In this document: positions 46,847 to 56,517 of the stretch, one piece after another
Position numbering within the stretch: the stretch's first letter is position 1
Layout of the letters: each line of letters begins with the position of its first letter
Source: Candidatus Zhuqueibacterota bacterium
GTDB taxonomy: Bacteria > Zhuqueibacterota > Zhuqueibacteria > Oceanimicrobiales > Oceanimicrobiaceae
Length of the DNA: 64,000 nucleotides
Reading direction: 5' to 3'
Assembly: GCA_029262055.1 (NCBI GenBank)
Contig: JAJDAD010000009.1
Span: forward strand, 29,297 to 93,296
Made by a program: the position numbers and the translations under genes
Notes under the pieces: generated by a model
The model's input: only the letters and a program-made list of their open reading frames with translations
The model's database searches: none
What the model was told of the DNA's origin: nothing

Positions 46847-47670
46847 CTGAAAACGAAATACAGTGGTCAACCATAAAGGAGTTCGAGGATATCCTTTTTA
46901 CCTTCAATGACGGCATCGCAAAAATCAGCATCAACCGCCCCGGTGTGCACAACGCTTTTCGGCCAAAGACTGTTTTTGAGCTTGCTGAGGCGTTCGAGCT
47001 GGCACGGCAAAACCCGGACGTCGGGGTGGTGATCTTGACCGGCGAAGGCGGCAAAGCTTTTTGCAGCGGCGGTGATCAAAATGTCAGGAATGTTGGTGGC
47101 TATGTCGGTTCGGACGGCGTACCGCGTCTGAATATTCTGGACGTCCAGAAGCAGATCCGTTCGATTCCCAAGCCGGTCGTGGCTATGGTTGCAGGCTGGG
47201 CAATTGGCGGCGGCCACGTGCTGCATGTTGTTTGCGACCTGACGGTTGCTGCTGACAATGCGCGGTTCGGCCAGACCGGCCCGAATGTCGGAAGCTTTGA
47301 CGGCGGCTTCGGCGCTTCATTTCTCGCGCGTATCGTCGGACAAAAGAAGGCGCGCGAAATTTGGTACTTGTGCGATCAGTACGATGCCGCGGAGGCGCTG
47401 CAGATGGGACTTGTTAACAAGGTCGTGCCGCTTGCCGAGTTGGAGAAAGAGACTGTCCGGTGGTGCCGGAAGATCCTGACCAAATCGCCGCTTGCGCTCC
47501 GCATGCTGAAGTCTTCGTTCAATGCTGAGCTGGATGGACAGGCTGGCCTGCAGGAGCTTGCCGGCAATGCCACCCTGCTTTATTATCTGACCGAAGAGGC
47601 CAATGAAGGCCGCAAGGCGTATGTTGAAAAACGTAAGCCGGATTTTTCCAAATTTCCGCGCTTTCCATAA
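46843..47670 (+). CDS. menB: 1,4-dihydroxy-2-naphthoyl-CoA synthase
   Basis: Crotonase fold. [53 protein letters not shown]. Confidence 0.95.
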   Translation: MTENEIQWSTIKEFEDILFTFNDGIAKISINRPGVHNAFRPKTVFELAEAFELARQNPDVGVVILTGEGGKAFCSGGDQNVRNVGGYVGSDGVPRLNILDVQKQIRSIPKPVVAMVAGWAIGGGHVLHVVCDLTVAADNARFGQTGPNVGSFDGGFGASFLARIVGQKKAREIWYLCDQYDAAEALQMGLVNKVVPLAELEKETVRWCRKILTKSPLALRMLKSSFNAELDGQAGLQELAGNATLLYYLTEEANEGRKAYVEKRKPDFSKFPRFP

Positions 47671-47679
47671 GGCCACAGG

Positions 47680-48567
47680 ATGGTGAACATTGCAAATGTC
47701 AGTGCCTGGTTTTCTGCTTTTCGACTGCGGACGTTACCGCTAGCGGTCGCCAGTATTTCTCTGGGCAGCTTCCTGGCCGCTGCTGAGGACTCATTCCAGT
47801 GGCAGGTCTCGCTGCTGGCTCTGTTGACGGCCTTCTTACTACAGATTCTGTCAAATCTTGCCAACGACTACGGCGACTCGGTCCACGGTGCAGACAGCGA
47901 GCGCAGGGTCGGTCCGCAACGTGCGACTCAGTCCGGCCGAATCACCTCTCGTCTCATGCGTGCTGCGGTATTGGTCCTTGTCGGGTTATGCCTGGCATCC
48001 GGTTACCTGCTTATCAGAGGAGAGAGTTACGTTTTCCACGTTTCCGGTTTGGCGGCAATTGCCGCTGCTGTGGCCTACACAGTGGGTCCGCGGCCGTACG
48101 GTTATGTCGGGCTTGGCGATCTGTTTGTTTTTCTGTTTTTTGGTATTGTCGGCGTGTGCGGCAGCTATTATCTGCACACGCACAGGCTCAATCTCCTAAC
48201 CCTTCTGCCGGCAGTATCCTGCGGTGTTTTTTGCGTCGCCGTTCTCAATATCAACAATCTGCGCGACATGACATCCGACCAGTTGGCCGGGAAGATAACG
48301 ATGGCGGTCAGGCTTGGCGGTTACAAGGCACGGATTTATCATTGGATTCTTCTGCTGGTTGGTTTGGGATCTGCTAGCGCTTATATCTTTTTGACCTACA
48401 AAACCGCCTGGCAGTGGCTGTTTCTTGCTGTCGTACCTCTGCTGTTGCGCAACGGCCGGGGTATTTTTTCTCAGCAGGATGCTACGCTCCTTGACCCGTA
48501 TCTCAAACAAATGGCCTTGACCACTCTGCTGTTCAGTTTTCTGTTCGGGGCCGGTATGCTGCTTTGA
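47680..48567 (+). CDS. menA: 1,4-dihydroxy-2-naphthoate polyprenyltransferase
   Basis: UbiA family. NLANDYGDSVHGAD and NNLRDMTSD. Multiple TM helices. Confidence 0.9.
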   Translation: MVNIANVSAWFSAFRLRTLPLAVASISLGSFLAAAEDSFQWQVSLLALLTAFLLQILSNLANDYGDSVHGADSERRVGPQRATQSGRITSRLMRAAVLVLVGLCLASGYLLIRGESYVFHVSGLAAIAAAVAYTVGPRPYGYVGLGDLFVFLFFGIVGVCGSYYLHTHRLNLLTLLPAVSCGVFCVAVLNINNLRDMTSDQLAGKITMAVRLGGYKARIYHWILLLVGLGSASAYIFLTYKTAWQWLFLAVVPLLLRNGRGIFSQQDATLLDPYLKQMALTTLLFSFLFGAGMLL

Positions 48568-49640
48568 AACCCGTTCGACTTGAAGTCGCAAAAGTTACAC
48601 TCGATCTCGTGCGGCCCATGGGCACATCGCGCGGCGTGCTGCACAAGCACGATTCCTATCTGCTGGCTGCCTTCGATGATGCGGGGAATTATGGATTGGG
48701 CGAGTGTGCGCCTCTGCCCGGATTGAGCATCGACGACCGGCCTGATTTGGAGCAGCATCTTGGTTATGTTTCCCAACAACTCAAGCACGGCGCCCTGCTA
48801 AGCGATTTGGACCTGAAGGAATGGCCGGCGGTTCGCTTCGGTTTAGAGAGCAGTTTGTTGGACCTTGAGCACGGTGGCCGCCGAATGTTCTATCCCTCCG
48901 CTTTTGCACGTGGACAGGACTCTATCGCCACCAACGGCCTCATCGTAATGGCAGACGTGGAGGATATGCGGCAGCAGGTCTCGGCTAAAGTTGCCGCGGG
49001 CTTCTCCTGCATTAAATTGAAAGTGGGGGCGCTGGACTTCGAAAGCGAGTGCCGGCTACTGTTTGAAATCCGTAGAGAATACCCGTTTCCGGAAATCGAG
49101 TTGCGTCTGGATGCGAATGGTGCATTCTCAGCGTCGTCGGCCCTGGAAAAACTGAATGCTCTCTCCAGGTTTCAGGTGCATTCTATCGAACAACCTGTAA
49201 GGCCCGGGAACCGGGAGGCGCTGCATGAGATTTGCCGGATGAGTCCAATCCCCATCGCGCTTGATGAGGAATTGATCGGCGTGTCTGGACTTTCCGAAAA
49301 ACGAGCATTGCTCGAGGACGTTTTGCCGCAGTTTGTTATTTTAAAGCCAACTCTTCTCGGGGGTCTGCAGGCTGCCAGTGAATGGGTGGAGTTGGCAAGA
49401 ACACTGGGGATCGGCTATTGGGTGACTTCCGCCCTTGAGTCCAATGTGGGGCTCAATGTCCTGTGTCAGTGGGCCGCTGTGTTAAGCGGCACGTTGACGC
49501 AAGGTCTGGGAACCGGACTGCTCTATAAGCACAACTGGCCGGGTCCGGTTAAGCTGGAAGGCGGGCGCCTGTTCTTCGAGGCTGGTTTTGCAGAGCCCCC
49601 GAAAACCTCCCTCCAGGATTTTCTGAGGAGCTGGCGATGA
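48564..49640 (+). CDS. menC: o-Succinylbenzoate synthase (enolase superfamily)
   Basis: KLKVG, LRLDANGAF, IEQP, ALDEEL. men operon context. Confidence 0.8.
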   Translation: MKPVRLEVAKVTLDLVRPMGTSRGVLHKHDSYLLAAFDDAGNYGLGECAPLPGLSIDDRPDLEQHLGYVSQQLKHGALLSDLDLKEWPAVRFGLESSLLDLEHGGRRMFYPSAFARGQDSIATNGLIVMADVEDMRQQVSAKVAAGFSCIKLKVGALDFESECRLLFEIRREYPFPEIELRLDANGAFSASSALEKLNALSRFQVHSIEQPVRPGNREALHEICRMSPIPIALDEELIGVSGLSEKRALLEDVLPQFVILKPTLLGGLQAASEWVELARTLGIGYWVTSALESNVGLNVLCQWAAVLSGTLTQGLGTGLLYKHNWPGPVKLEGGRLFFEAGFAEPPKTSLQDFLRSWR

Positions 49641-50767
49641 AGGCAGACTTCGAACTCCGGTTGGCGGATAAAGCGTACGATACCGACTGGTTCCGTTCAC
49701 ATTTCCCCAATTGCAGTCCCCGGGACTTTGATGAAAATGAATTCGCTGTCTTGAACTTCTGCAGTGAATGGCTAAGCGGGAAACCGCATTTTTCCGTACA
49801 AACATCCGGTTCGACCGGTAAACCGCGTCCGATTCTGCTGTCGCGGCAACAGATGATAAACAGCGCCAAATTGACCCGGCGGGCACTCGGGTTGAAATCG
49901 GGGGATCATGCGTTGTTGTGCCTGTCGCCAGCGCACATCGCAGGAAAAATGATGTTGGTTAGAGCGTTGGAGATCGGACTGGCAATCACGGCCGTCACAG
50001 CCGGCCGCAATCCGTTTGACAGCTATCCGCCCGAAGAAGTCCCGTGCTTCGACTTTGCCGCATTCGTGCCGCTGCAATTGCGGACTATTATCGAACGTGG
50101 TGGAGTCGGCCTGGAGCGGGTGGATGCAATGAAGGCTGTCCTGGTTGGAGGCGCCGAGCTGCCGGCCGGCTTCGATGACCTTTTGCAGGAACTGCAAGCG
50201 CCGCTTTACCAGACGTTTGGCATGACCGAGACCTCGACTCACATCGCGCTCAGGCGTCTCAACGGTGCTGCTGCGTCTGACTCATATAAAGTACTACCCG
50301 GAATTACAGTTGCCCGGGATGCCCGTGGATGTTTGACCATCAAGGGTTCGGTGACAGATGATAGAACAGTCGTGACAAACGATGTCGTTGAGTTTGAAGC
50401 GGATGGGTCTTTTAGGTGGCGCGGTCGTTTCGACAACGTGATCAATTCGGGCGGGATCAAGGTGCAGGCCGAGCACGTAGAGCAGGTCATCGCAGAGGTG
50501 TTGCAAGAGGTGTCTACGAAGTTCGCAACAGCGGAGTTTTTTGTGGCGGGAGTTCCCGCTCCCGATGTTGGCGAGCAGGTGGCAGTCTTCTTTGAAACCG
50601 ATGAACTCTCCGTTTCGGACACCGATCACCTGCGCGACCTGCTCAGCAACAGGCTTTCCCGTTACGAAATCCCCAGGTTGTTTCGGTCTACCCGCCGATT
50701 TTCCCGCACTCCGACTGCCAAGCTGGATCGGAAAGCAACGATTTCCGCGGTTCTCTGCGACGACTAA
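49637..50767 (+). CDS. menE: o-Succinylbenzoate--CoA ligase (short form)
   Basis: TSGSTGKPRPILLS, TFGMTET, WRGRFDNVINSGGIKVQAEHVE, TAKLDRK. men operon context. Confidence 0.8.
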   Translation: MKADFELRLADKAYDTDWFRSHFPNCSPRDFDENEFAVLNFCSEWLSGKPHFSVQTSGSTGKPRPILLSRQQMINSAKLTRRALGLKSGDHALLCLSPAHIAGKMMLVRALEIGLAITAVTAGRNPFDSYPPEEVPCFDFAAFVPLQLRTIIERGGVGLERVDAMKAVLVGGAELPAGFDDLLQELQAPLYQTFGMTETSTHIALRRLNGAAASDSYKVLPGITVARDARGCLTIKGSVTDDRTVVTNDVVEFEADGSFRWRGRFDNVINSGGIKVQAEHVEQVIAEVLQEVSTKFATAEFFVAGVPAPDVGEQVAVFFETDELSVSDTDHLRDLLSNRLSRYEIPRLFRSTRRFSRTPTAKLDRKATISAVLCDD

Positions 50768-52209
50768 TTCTGTCGCATCGCTCCGACAATATCGGCTGAA
50801 CGATTGCCATTCGGGCTGGTCACGGATATTGTGACCGTGGTAGACGTCCCTTCAATGTCCTCGGGTTTGGAATTGGTCAACCTGAAAGAAAATTCTGTCG
50901 CGCCCGGGCCGCGGGCCTGTGTGTCCTCGAGAACGACACGGGAGTCACCGGTGACTGAGCCATTATTGGCGCCAATGGTTATGGTGGTGCCCGGTGCTAA
51001 AGGGTTGTTGTTTTGATCTGAAACCGTGAACGAAAAGTCTTGTGAGTCATCGGGCCCCAGGTCAAATGTGGTTGGTGTGATTCCCCTAATTTGGGTGACG
51101 CCCGAGAACAACACGACTGTTTCAGCGTAAATGAACTGCTGATTTTCGTCGATGGTTTGTGCTGTGACCAGGGCAAAGCCTGGCTCCGCAAAGTAGGCAG
51201 GTAGCGAGCCCGGTGGCGTGACTCTAAGAGAGCTGAAGTCGATACCCTGTGGCTTGGGGTTGGCCGCAAGCAGGCTGGCGGAGGCTCTCCCCAGGTCATC
51301 GGTTGTAGCTGAGCCAGCGATGATCCCCCCGCTGGTTTGAAATTGCACGGCAGTCCCGCGCGGGACAGGATTTGAAAACTTGTCACCGACAAAGGCCGTA
51401 ATAGAGTTCGTAATTCCAAAAATGTTGAATCCGGGAAAGTTGAGGCTTTCGGACACAACGGAGAAATGAGCTGCATCCGGCAATGTGCTGTGAATGGCGA
51501 CTGGGACGGGTTCCGAGAATACCGACAGGCCAAGAATCTCGGCAACGATCTGGACGGTGCCGGCTATCGTGCCACTGTTGACAGTGGTGCGAACGCGGCC
51601 GTTGTTGTCGGTCTGTACCGAGTCCGGCGCGACAAACTCGCCGCCCCCGGGACCACTGGCGATCAGAAAACAGACTTTTGCGCTGTGAGCCAAATCTATC
51701 GGTGTGCCGGTTGAGTCCCGCACCTCAAACGTCAGATTGGATGTTTCGTTGGCTCCTGAGCCTTTTATGGCAATGTTGCTGGTTTCGATTTCCACTAACA
51801 CGACATTCGAGGCAAAACCGCTGGCGCTGTTGGGTCCGCCAACTTGCGTGAGTCGCGTGTCCGGCACAACGGTGATCTCGCCCTGCTTGATGGCGACATT
51901 CACAAACTCTGCCTCATGAGCTGACTCGGTAAATGACAATCTGACCAGAATCGTGGTGGAGTCGGACAGGTCGACCTCGAAGCTGTACTTGCCCTCAGTA
52001 TCTGTGGATGCAGTTTCTGGAAAGGACGCGGACCGGACCAGCACACCTTCTACTCCCCTTAACGACAGCGAGTCGACGACACGGCCTTCTATGATCGCTG
52101 CGCCGCTCGGCGCCAATGGTGAATCGGTGCAGCGCTGCAAAAGAAAAAGCGAGCAGAACGCCATAACGAGGGAGATAATGGGCTGGGCGGAGATTGCGGG
52201 GGTCTTCAT
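50764..52209 (-). CDS. Exported protein with carboxypeptidase-regulatory-like and bacterial Ig-like repeats
   Basis: Signal-like MKTPAISAQPIISLVMAFCSLFLL. IIEGRVVDSLSLRGVEGVLV..TDTEGKYSF. Repeated beta-rich T/S/G/V segments. The track ORF starts at 52257. Confidence 0.55.
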   Translation of the reverse strand: MKTPAISAQPIISLVMAFCSLFLLQRCTDSPLAPSGAAIIEGRVVDSLSLRGVEGVLVRSASFPETASTDTEGKYSFEVDLSDSTTILVRLSFTESAHEAEFVNVAIKQGEITVVPDTRLTQVGGPNSASGFASNVVLVEIETSNIAIKGSGANETSNLTFEVRDSTGTPIDLAHSAKVCFLIASGPGGGEFVAPDSVQTDNNGRVRTTVNSGTIAGTVQIVAEILGLSVFSEPVPVAIHSTLPDAAHFSVVSESLNFPGFNIFGITNSITAFVGDKFSNPVPRGTAVQFQTSGGIIAGSATTDDLGRASASLLAANPKPQGIDFSSLRVTPPGSLPAYFAEPGFALVTAQTIDENQQFIYAETVVLFSGVTQIRGITPTTFDLGPDDSQDFSFTVSDQNNNPLAPGTTITIGANNGSVTGDSRVVLEDTQARGPGATEFSFRLTNSKPEDIEGTSTTVTISVTSPNGNRSADIVGAMRQN

Positions 52210-52368
52210 AACGTTTCCGGTGGTTAAGGCATAAAGTCCGTTTAGACATATATTCATTCGTGACTAAAACATTTTACACGCTAACCGGATGATTCGCAGA
52301 TGGCAGGGAATATTTGTTTTGAAAGTGTTTTTCGGATGAAATGATGACCGAGGAGGCGGGCGCAGAGG

Positions 52369-53118
52369 CTATTTGGTGCCGGCGTGAATGGAGATACCGC
52401 CGAGCAGGTAGCTCTGCCAATGGACATCGCGCAGTCCGGCTTTAAGCAGACGTTCCCTAAACTCGTCGGGAGAGAGGAAGGTCATGGTCGTTTCGCAGAG
52501 ATAGTGGAATGGGGAGGATTTACCCGTGGCCAACCGTCCGATGGTGGGCATGACTTTACTCATGTGCAGTTTGAAAAAGAGGCGCAAGACGGCATTTCGT
52601 GGCCGGCTGAGCTCCAGAATGGCAAACCTTCCCCCTGGTTTTAGAACACGGTGGATTTCGCTCAGGACGTCGTCGAGAAAGTGAAAGACGTTCCTCATGG
52701 CGAAACCACTAACGACGCCGTCCAGCGACTGGTCGCAGAACGGCAACAAGTGCGCACTTCCCTGTGCAAATTGGACTTTCCCTATTTGCCCGTTCATGGT
52801 TGGTTCTATTACTTTGTTTTGTGCGTGCAGCAACATCTGGTGCGAGATATCAAAAGCATAAACCCGCGTTGCCCCGTTCACCAGGGCTGAGCGTGCCAGG
52901 TCGCCCGTGCCCGTCGCCAGGTCCAGGATTGACCCGGAGGCTCTGTCTCCCAGAAGTTTGATTGTCTGGCGGCGCCAGGCCTCATCCTGAAAAAAACTCA
53001 CCCAGCGGTTAAATCGATCATAGCCGGGCGCCAGGGTGTCGAACAGGTTCGTGACGTATGCCTGGCGTTCTTCCCCGTCCGGATGAGTGTGCTGTAGATT
53101 GGCGAAAGGCGACTTCAT
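52369..53118 (-). CDS. menG: Demethylmenaquinone/ubiquinone methyltransferase
   Basis: FDTLAPGYDRFNRWVSFFQDEAWRR..ILDLATGTGDLA..LKPGGRFAILE (UbiE/MenG pattern). The track ORF uses a TTG at 53178. Confidence 0.85.
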   Translation of the reverse strand: MKSPFANLQHTHPDGEERQAYVTNLFDTLAPGYDRFNRWVSFFQDEAWRRQTIKLLGDRASGSILDLATGTGDLARSALVNGATRVYAFDISHQMLLHAQNKVIEPTMNGQIGKVQFAQGSAHLLPFCDQSLDGVVSGFAMRNVFHFLDDVLSEIHRVLKPGGRFAILELSRPRNAVLRLFFKLHMSKVMPTIGRLATGKSSPFHYLCETTMTFLSPDEFRERLLKAGLRDVHWQSYLLGGISIHAGTK

Positions 53119-53267
53119 ATTTCCCTGGGTTTTGTGGTTCAAAACAGGGAATGTCGCGATAAACTCTGGAATTAGCAACCCATTTTTTTGCCCAGTTCTC
53201 TCAATGCCGGTCGTGGCACTGGAGTGGGATCGGTGTTCTCGGTGAGTAATTATTTCCTGGTGTTGCG

Positions 53268-54476
53268 TTAGAGTGAGCCTGCGAGCAGAGGGTTGGATTT
53301 GCTTAGGGATAGACCTGAGGTGGCGTCTACCGGTTCCGGTTGTGCCGGGTAGAAGCCGGCTTTTATGGCGTAAATATCACGCTGCGTGATGTTGAGCCGC
53401 TCGAGCCGATAGCGAAACTTGCCGCGGTTTATGCGCAGAAAGCGAGCAGCTCTGGAGACATTCCCTTCTGCCTTTTCGAGGGCGCTGAGGATGATGTTTC
53501 TTTCTATTTCCTCGAGGGGGATTCCCTCGTCAGGAATCTGGAACCGCTCAAATCCGGACGGAATGTTTGACGCCTCATTCACTTCGGTGACCTTTGTCGG
53601 CATCACTGGCGCAGGCGTCGGTTGCAGCGGTATGGGCTGCGCCGGCAGCGGTTGGACCGGCGTCACCTGCACTGGTGTCGCTTGCACCGGCCCGTTGTCT
53701 ACGACCAGATGCCGTGCCTCTATCCATTCGTCGGCCTCGACCAATACCGCACGTTCGAGGGTGTTTTTGAGTTGCCGTACGTTGCCCGGCCATTCATAGT
53801 TAAGGACAAAGTCAGTGGCCGAGGGATCGAGGCCCTTTATGCTGCGGGAATGTTCCTTGTTAAACTGTTCGATAAAGTAGGTTGCCAAAACCAGTGCATC
53901 ACCCGAACGGGACCGCAGAGGGGGCATGAAGATCTGGCAGACATTCAAACGGTAGTAGAGATCCTCGCGAAAGGTTCCCTGCCGGACTGCTTTAGTCAAA
54001 TCGATGTTTGTGGCAGCCACGATCCGTGGTGAGACATTTATTTCTTCCAGTCCGTTAATTCGGCGAAACCTCTTGTTTTCGACGGCTTTTAGCAGCTTAG
54101 CTTGGAAGCTGAGGGTAATGGTGCCAATTTCATCGAGAAAAATGGTGCCGCCATTGGCCAGTTCAAACAAACCCTGCTTACGGGCATTGGCGCCGGTAAA
54201 AGCGCCCTTTTCATAGCCAAACAATTCGGACTCCAGGAGATTTTCCGGGATGGCGCCACAATTGATATCGACGAACGGTTGGCTTGCGGAACTGCTGCAA
54301 TTATGGATAAGGCGGGCGATCACCTCTTTGCCGGTTCCACTTTCACCAATAATCAGCGTCGTAATGGCGGGATTTCGGGCGATCTTTTCAGCAGTTTGAA
54401 CAACGCTCTTAAGTTCAGGCGATGTGCCGATTATGCCGTACTTGCTATGCGAGTTGTTGCTTGCCACAGATGTCAT
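53268..54476 (-). CDS. Sigma-54-dependent transcriptional activator lacking an N-terminal sensory domain
   Basis: AAA+ begins at ~residue 14. GESGTGKE, GAFTGA (54189-54206), FLDEIG. Pro/Gln-rich linker (53598-53693). C-terminal Fis-type HTH GNVSRAARFLRINRGKFRYRL. Confidence 0.9.
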   Translation of the reverse strand: MTSVASNNSHSKYGIIGTSPELKSVVQTAEKIARNPAITTLIIGESGTGKEVIARLIHNCSSSASQPFVDINCGAIPENLLESELFGYEKGAFTGANARKQGLFELANGGTIFLDEIGTITLSFQAKLLKAVENKRFRRINGLEEINVSPRIVAATNIDLTKAVRQGTFREDLYYRLNVCQIFMPPLRSRSGDALVLATYFIEQFNKEHSRSIKGLDPSATDFVLNYEWPGNVRQLKNTLERAVLVEADEWIEARHLVVDNGPVQATPVQVTPVQPLPAQPIPLQPTPAPVMPTKVTEVNEASNIPSGFERFQIPDEGIPLEEIERNIILSALEKAEGNVSRAARFLRINRGKFRYRLERLNITQRDIYAIKAGFYPAQPEPVDATSGLSLSKSNPLLAGSL

Positions 54477-54530
54477 TCGTTACCATGTTAGTGCGTCTGG
54501 GAGTGACTACACCCGTCGTTTCTATGTCTA

Positions 54531-54559
54531 ATATCGGCCAATAGTGACACAAATCTTAG
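54531..54559 (-). promoter_or_regulatory. Candidate sigma-28-type promoter upstream of the sigma-54 activator gene
   Basis: Minus strand reads TAAG-N16-GCCGATAT, ~55 nt upstream of the ATG at 54476. The spacer is 1 nt longer than consensus. Confidence 0.3.
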
Positions 54560-54656
54560 CTGAGTTGGCCGCTTCCGGCCTGGCCCGCGGTTTTGTTCTC
54601 AGAGAGTCACCACAATTGGTGTGTATCTCTCAACTGCGCTGCGAGATTGTCGGCAT

Positions 54657-55526
54657 TCATTTCCACACGGATGTGAACAGGGACTGCAACTTTTCACCAA
54701 CCAGATTGACGCTGGTCACCGCCAGCAATATAAAGAGGCCCGGGAAAGTCGATATCCACCAGGCCCTAAACAGAACATGGCGTCCGTCCTGAATGATATT
54801 GCCCCAGCTGGCGTCGGGCGGCTGGACGCCTAAACCGAAAAAGCTAAGAGCCGACTCCAGCAAGATGATTTCGCCAACCTTGAATGTAGCCGCCACAATT
54901 ACCGGACCGAGAGCGTTCGGCATAATATGCTTCACCAGAATGCGGGCATGACTATAGCCAAGCGCTTTGGTGGCGAGAATGAACTCCCGCTCTTTTAATG
55001 ACAAAGTCTCAGCCCGGACAATTCTAGCGCTCTCCATCCAACCTGTCAGGCTGAGGATGGGAATCAGGTACCAATGATTCATGTCAAACAAAGCGATGAC
55101 CGTGATGGTCAGGAAAACGGCCGGAAAGGCGAGCAGGAAATCAAGGAATCGCATCATAAAAGCATCCACGATGCCACCGGCATAACCTGCAATTGTGCCG
55201 TAGGCGAGGCCGATAGTCATGGACAGTAGAACGACGGATAACGCAATAATCAATGAAATACGCCCACCGTTGAGCACACGACTGAAGACATCGCGGGCAA
55301 ATTTGTCAGTCCCGAAGGGGTGTTCCGGCGATGGCGCCAGGTAGCGTTCTGTGAGCAGGTCCCCTTGGTCGGTGGGTGAATGTTCTACGAGAAGTGGCCC
55401 GAGAGTGACCACGGCAGCTAGTACAACCATCAACAGGAGGCCCAGTTTTAGCGACCCTCTGAGTTTTTTCTCAGGGATGATGTTTGGGATAGACTCTATA
55501 AGTATGGCCGGTTCCGCAGAATTCAC
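54657..55526 (-). CDS. ABC transporter permease (DppC/OppC-type)
   Basis: Six predicted TM segments. ATKALGYSHARILVKHIMPNALGPVIV (EAA-like loop). Confidence 0.85.
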   Translation of the reverse strand: MNSAEPAILIESIPNIIPEKKLRGSLKLGLLLMVVLAAVVTLGPLLVEHSPTDQGDLLTERYLAPSPEHPFGTDKFARDVFSRVLNGGRISLIIALSVVLLSMTIGLAYGTIAGYAGGIVDAFMMRFLDFLLAFPAVFLTITVIALFDMNHWYLIPILSLTGWMESARIVRAETLSLKEREFILATKALGYSHARILVKHIMPNALGPVIVAATFKVGEIILLESALSFFGLGVQPPDASWGNIIQDGRHVLFRAWWISTFPGLFILLAVTSVNLVGEKLQSLFTSVWK

Positions 55527-55533
55527 AGTTCAG

Positions 55534-56517
55534 TTATCCTTGCTCATTCAGAAGGCGAATTCGGGGATCAATCAACGCGTACAGCATGTCGGAGATCTGG
55601 TTGCCAATGACAACCGCCATGGCCGTGATGAAAGTGCTGGCCAGGATGAGCGGAAAGTCATGCGTAAAAACAGCATTAATGGTCAGCTTGCCGATTCCGG
55701 GCCAGGCAAATATTTGTTCGGTGATGACGGCTCCGCCCAGCAGGAAAGGCAGGTATAGACCTAACAGAGTAATTGTCGGTAACAGGGCATTGCGCAACGC
55801 ATATTTAAACAGAAGTCTGGCAGGCCGAAGACCGTATGCGCGGGCGGTTCGAATGTAATCCTGCTGCAGCACGTCAACCAGGCTGCTCCTGACAAATCTG
55901 GCGGTGTATGCGGAGAACGGGATACTCAGGACTGCGGCCGGCAGAACAAGATGGCGCAGTCTATCCCAAAACAGAACCAGGCCCTGTCCCTCCAGACTGA
56001 GGGACTGCATTTGACTTGACGGCAGCCACATCAGTCTAAGGGAGAAGACCATAATCGCCATCAAAGCCAGCCAGAATCCGGGGACAGAGTAAAAAAACAG
56101 CAGAATGGCATTGATTGCTTTGTCCGTACGACTGCCATATTTGAGCGCCATCAGAACGCCAAGGTTGATTCCCAGGATCAACTGCAGCAGAAAGACGGTG
56201 CCTGTCAGTTGCAGGGTATTGGGGATGGCTTCACCCAGAATGTCTGTAACCGGTCGGTTGTGGACGAATGAAATGCCAAAATTACCGCTGGCGAACTGTT
56301 TCAGCCACAGCAGGTACTGCTGCCAGAGAGCCTGATCCAATCCCATCTGTCGGCGAATATTGCTGATGGTTTCCGGGTCGATGTCAGGCCTGATGTATAA
56401 AGAGGTGGGGTCCCCGGGCGCCAGGTGAATGATGAAAAACGTGATGGTCAACACGCCCCAGGCGATGATCACGGATTGCAGTGTTCTTCTTAGAAAGTAT
56501 CTTGCCATAGAAATCAT
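55534..56517 (-). CDS. ABC transporter permease (DppB/OppB-type)
   Basis: MARYFLRRTLQSVIIAWGVLTITFFIIHLAPGDP; YIRTARAYGL. Confidence 0.85.
   Translation of the reverse strand: MISMARYFLRRTLQSVIIAWGVLTITFFIIHLAPGDPTSLYIRPDIDPETISNIRRQMGLDQALWQQYLLWLKQFASGNFGISFVHNRPVTDILGEAIPNTLQLTGTVFLLQLILGINLGVLMALKYGSRTDKAINAILLFFYSVPGFWLALMAIMVFSLRLMWLPSSQMQSLSLEGQGLVLFWDRLRHLVLPAAVLSIPFSAYTARFVRSSLVDVLQQDYIRTARAYGLRPARLLFKYALRNALLPTITLLGLYLPFLLGGAVITEQIFAWPGIGKLTINAVFTHDFPLILASTFITAMAVVIGNQISDMLYALIDPRIRLLNEQG

Noticed and set aside
53598-53693. Repetitive CCNGTNCA-like DNA encoding the PVQ/PLQ repeats of the EBP linker. Considered as a slippage-prone contingency repeat.
   Set aside because: The repeat units are imperfect at the DNA level, with no exact tandem unit of 6 bp or more repeated three times. 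A low-complexity protein linker explains it better.
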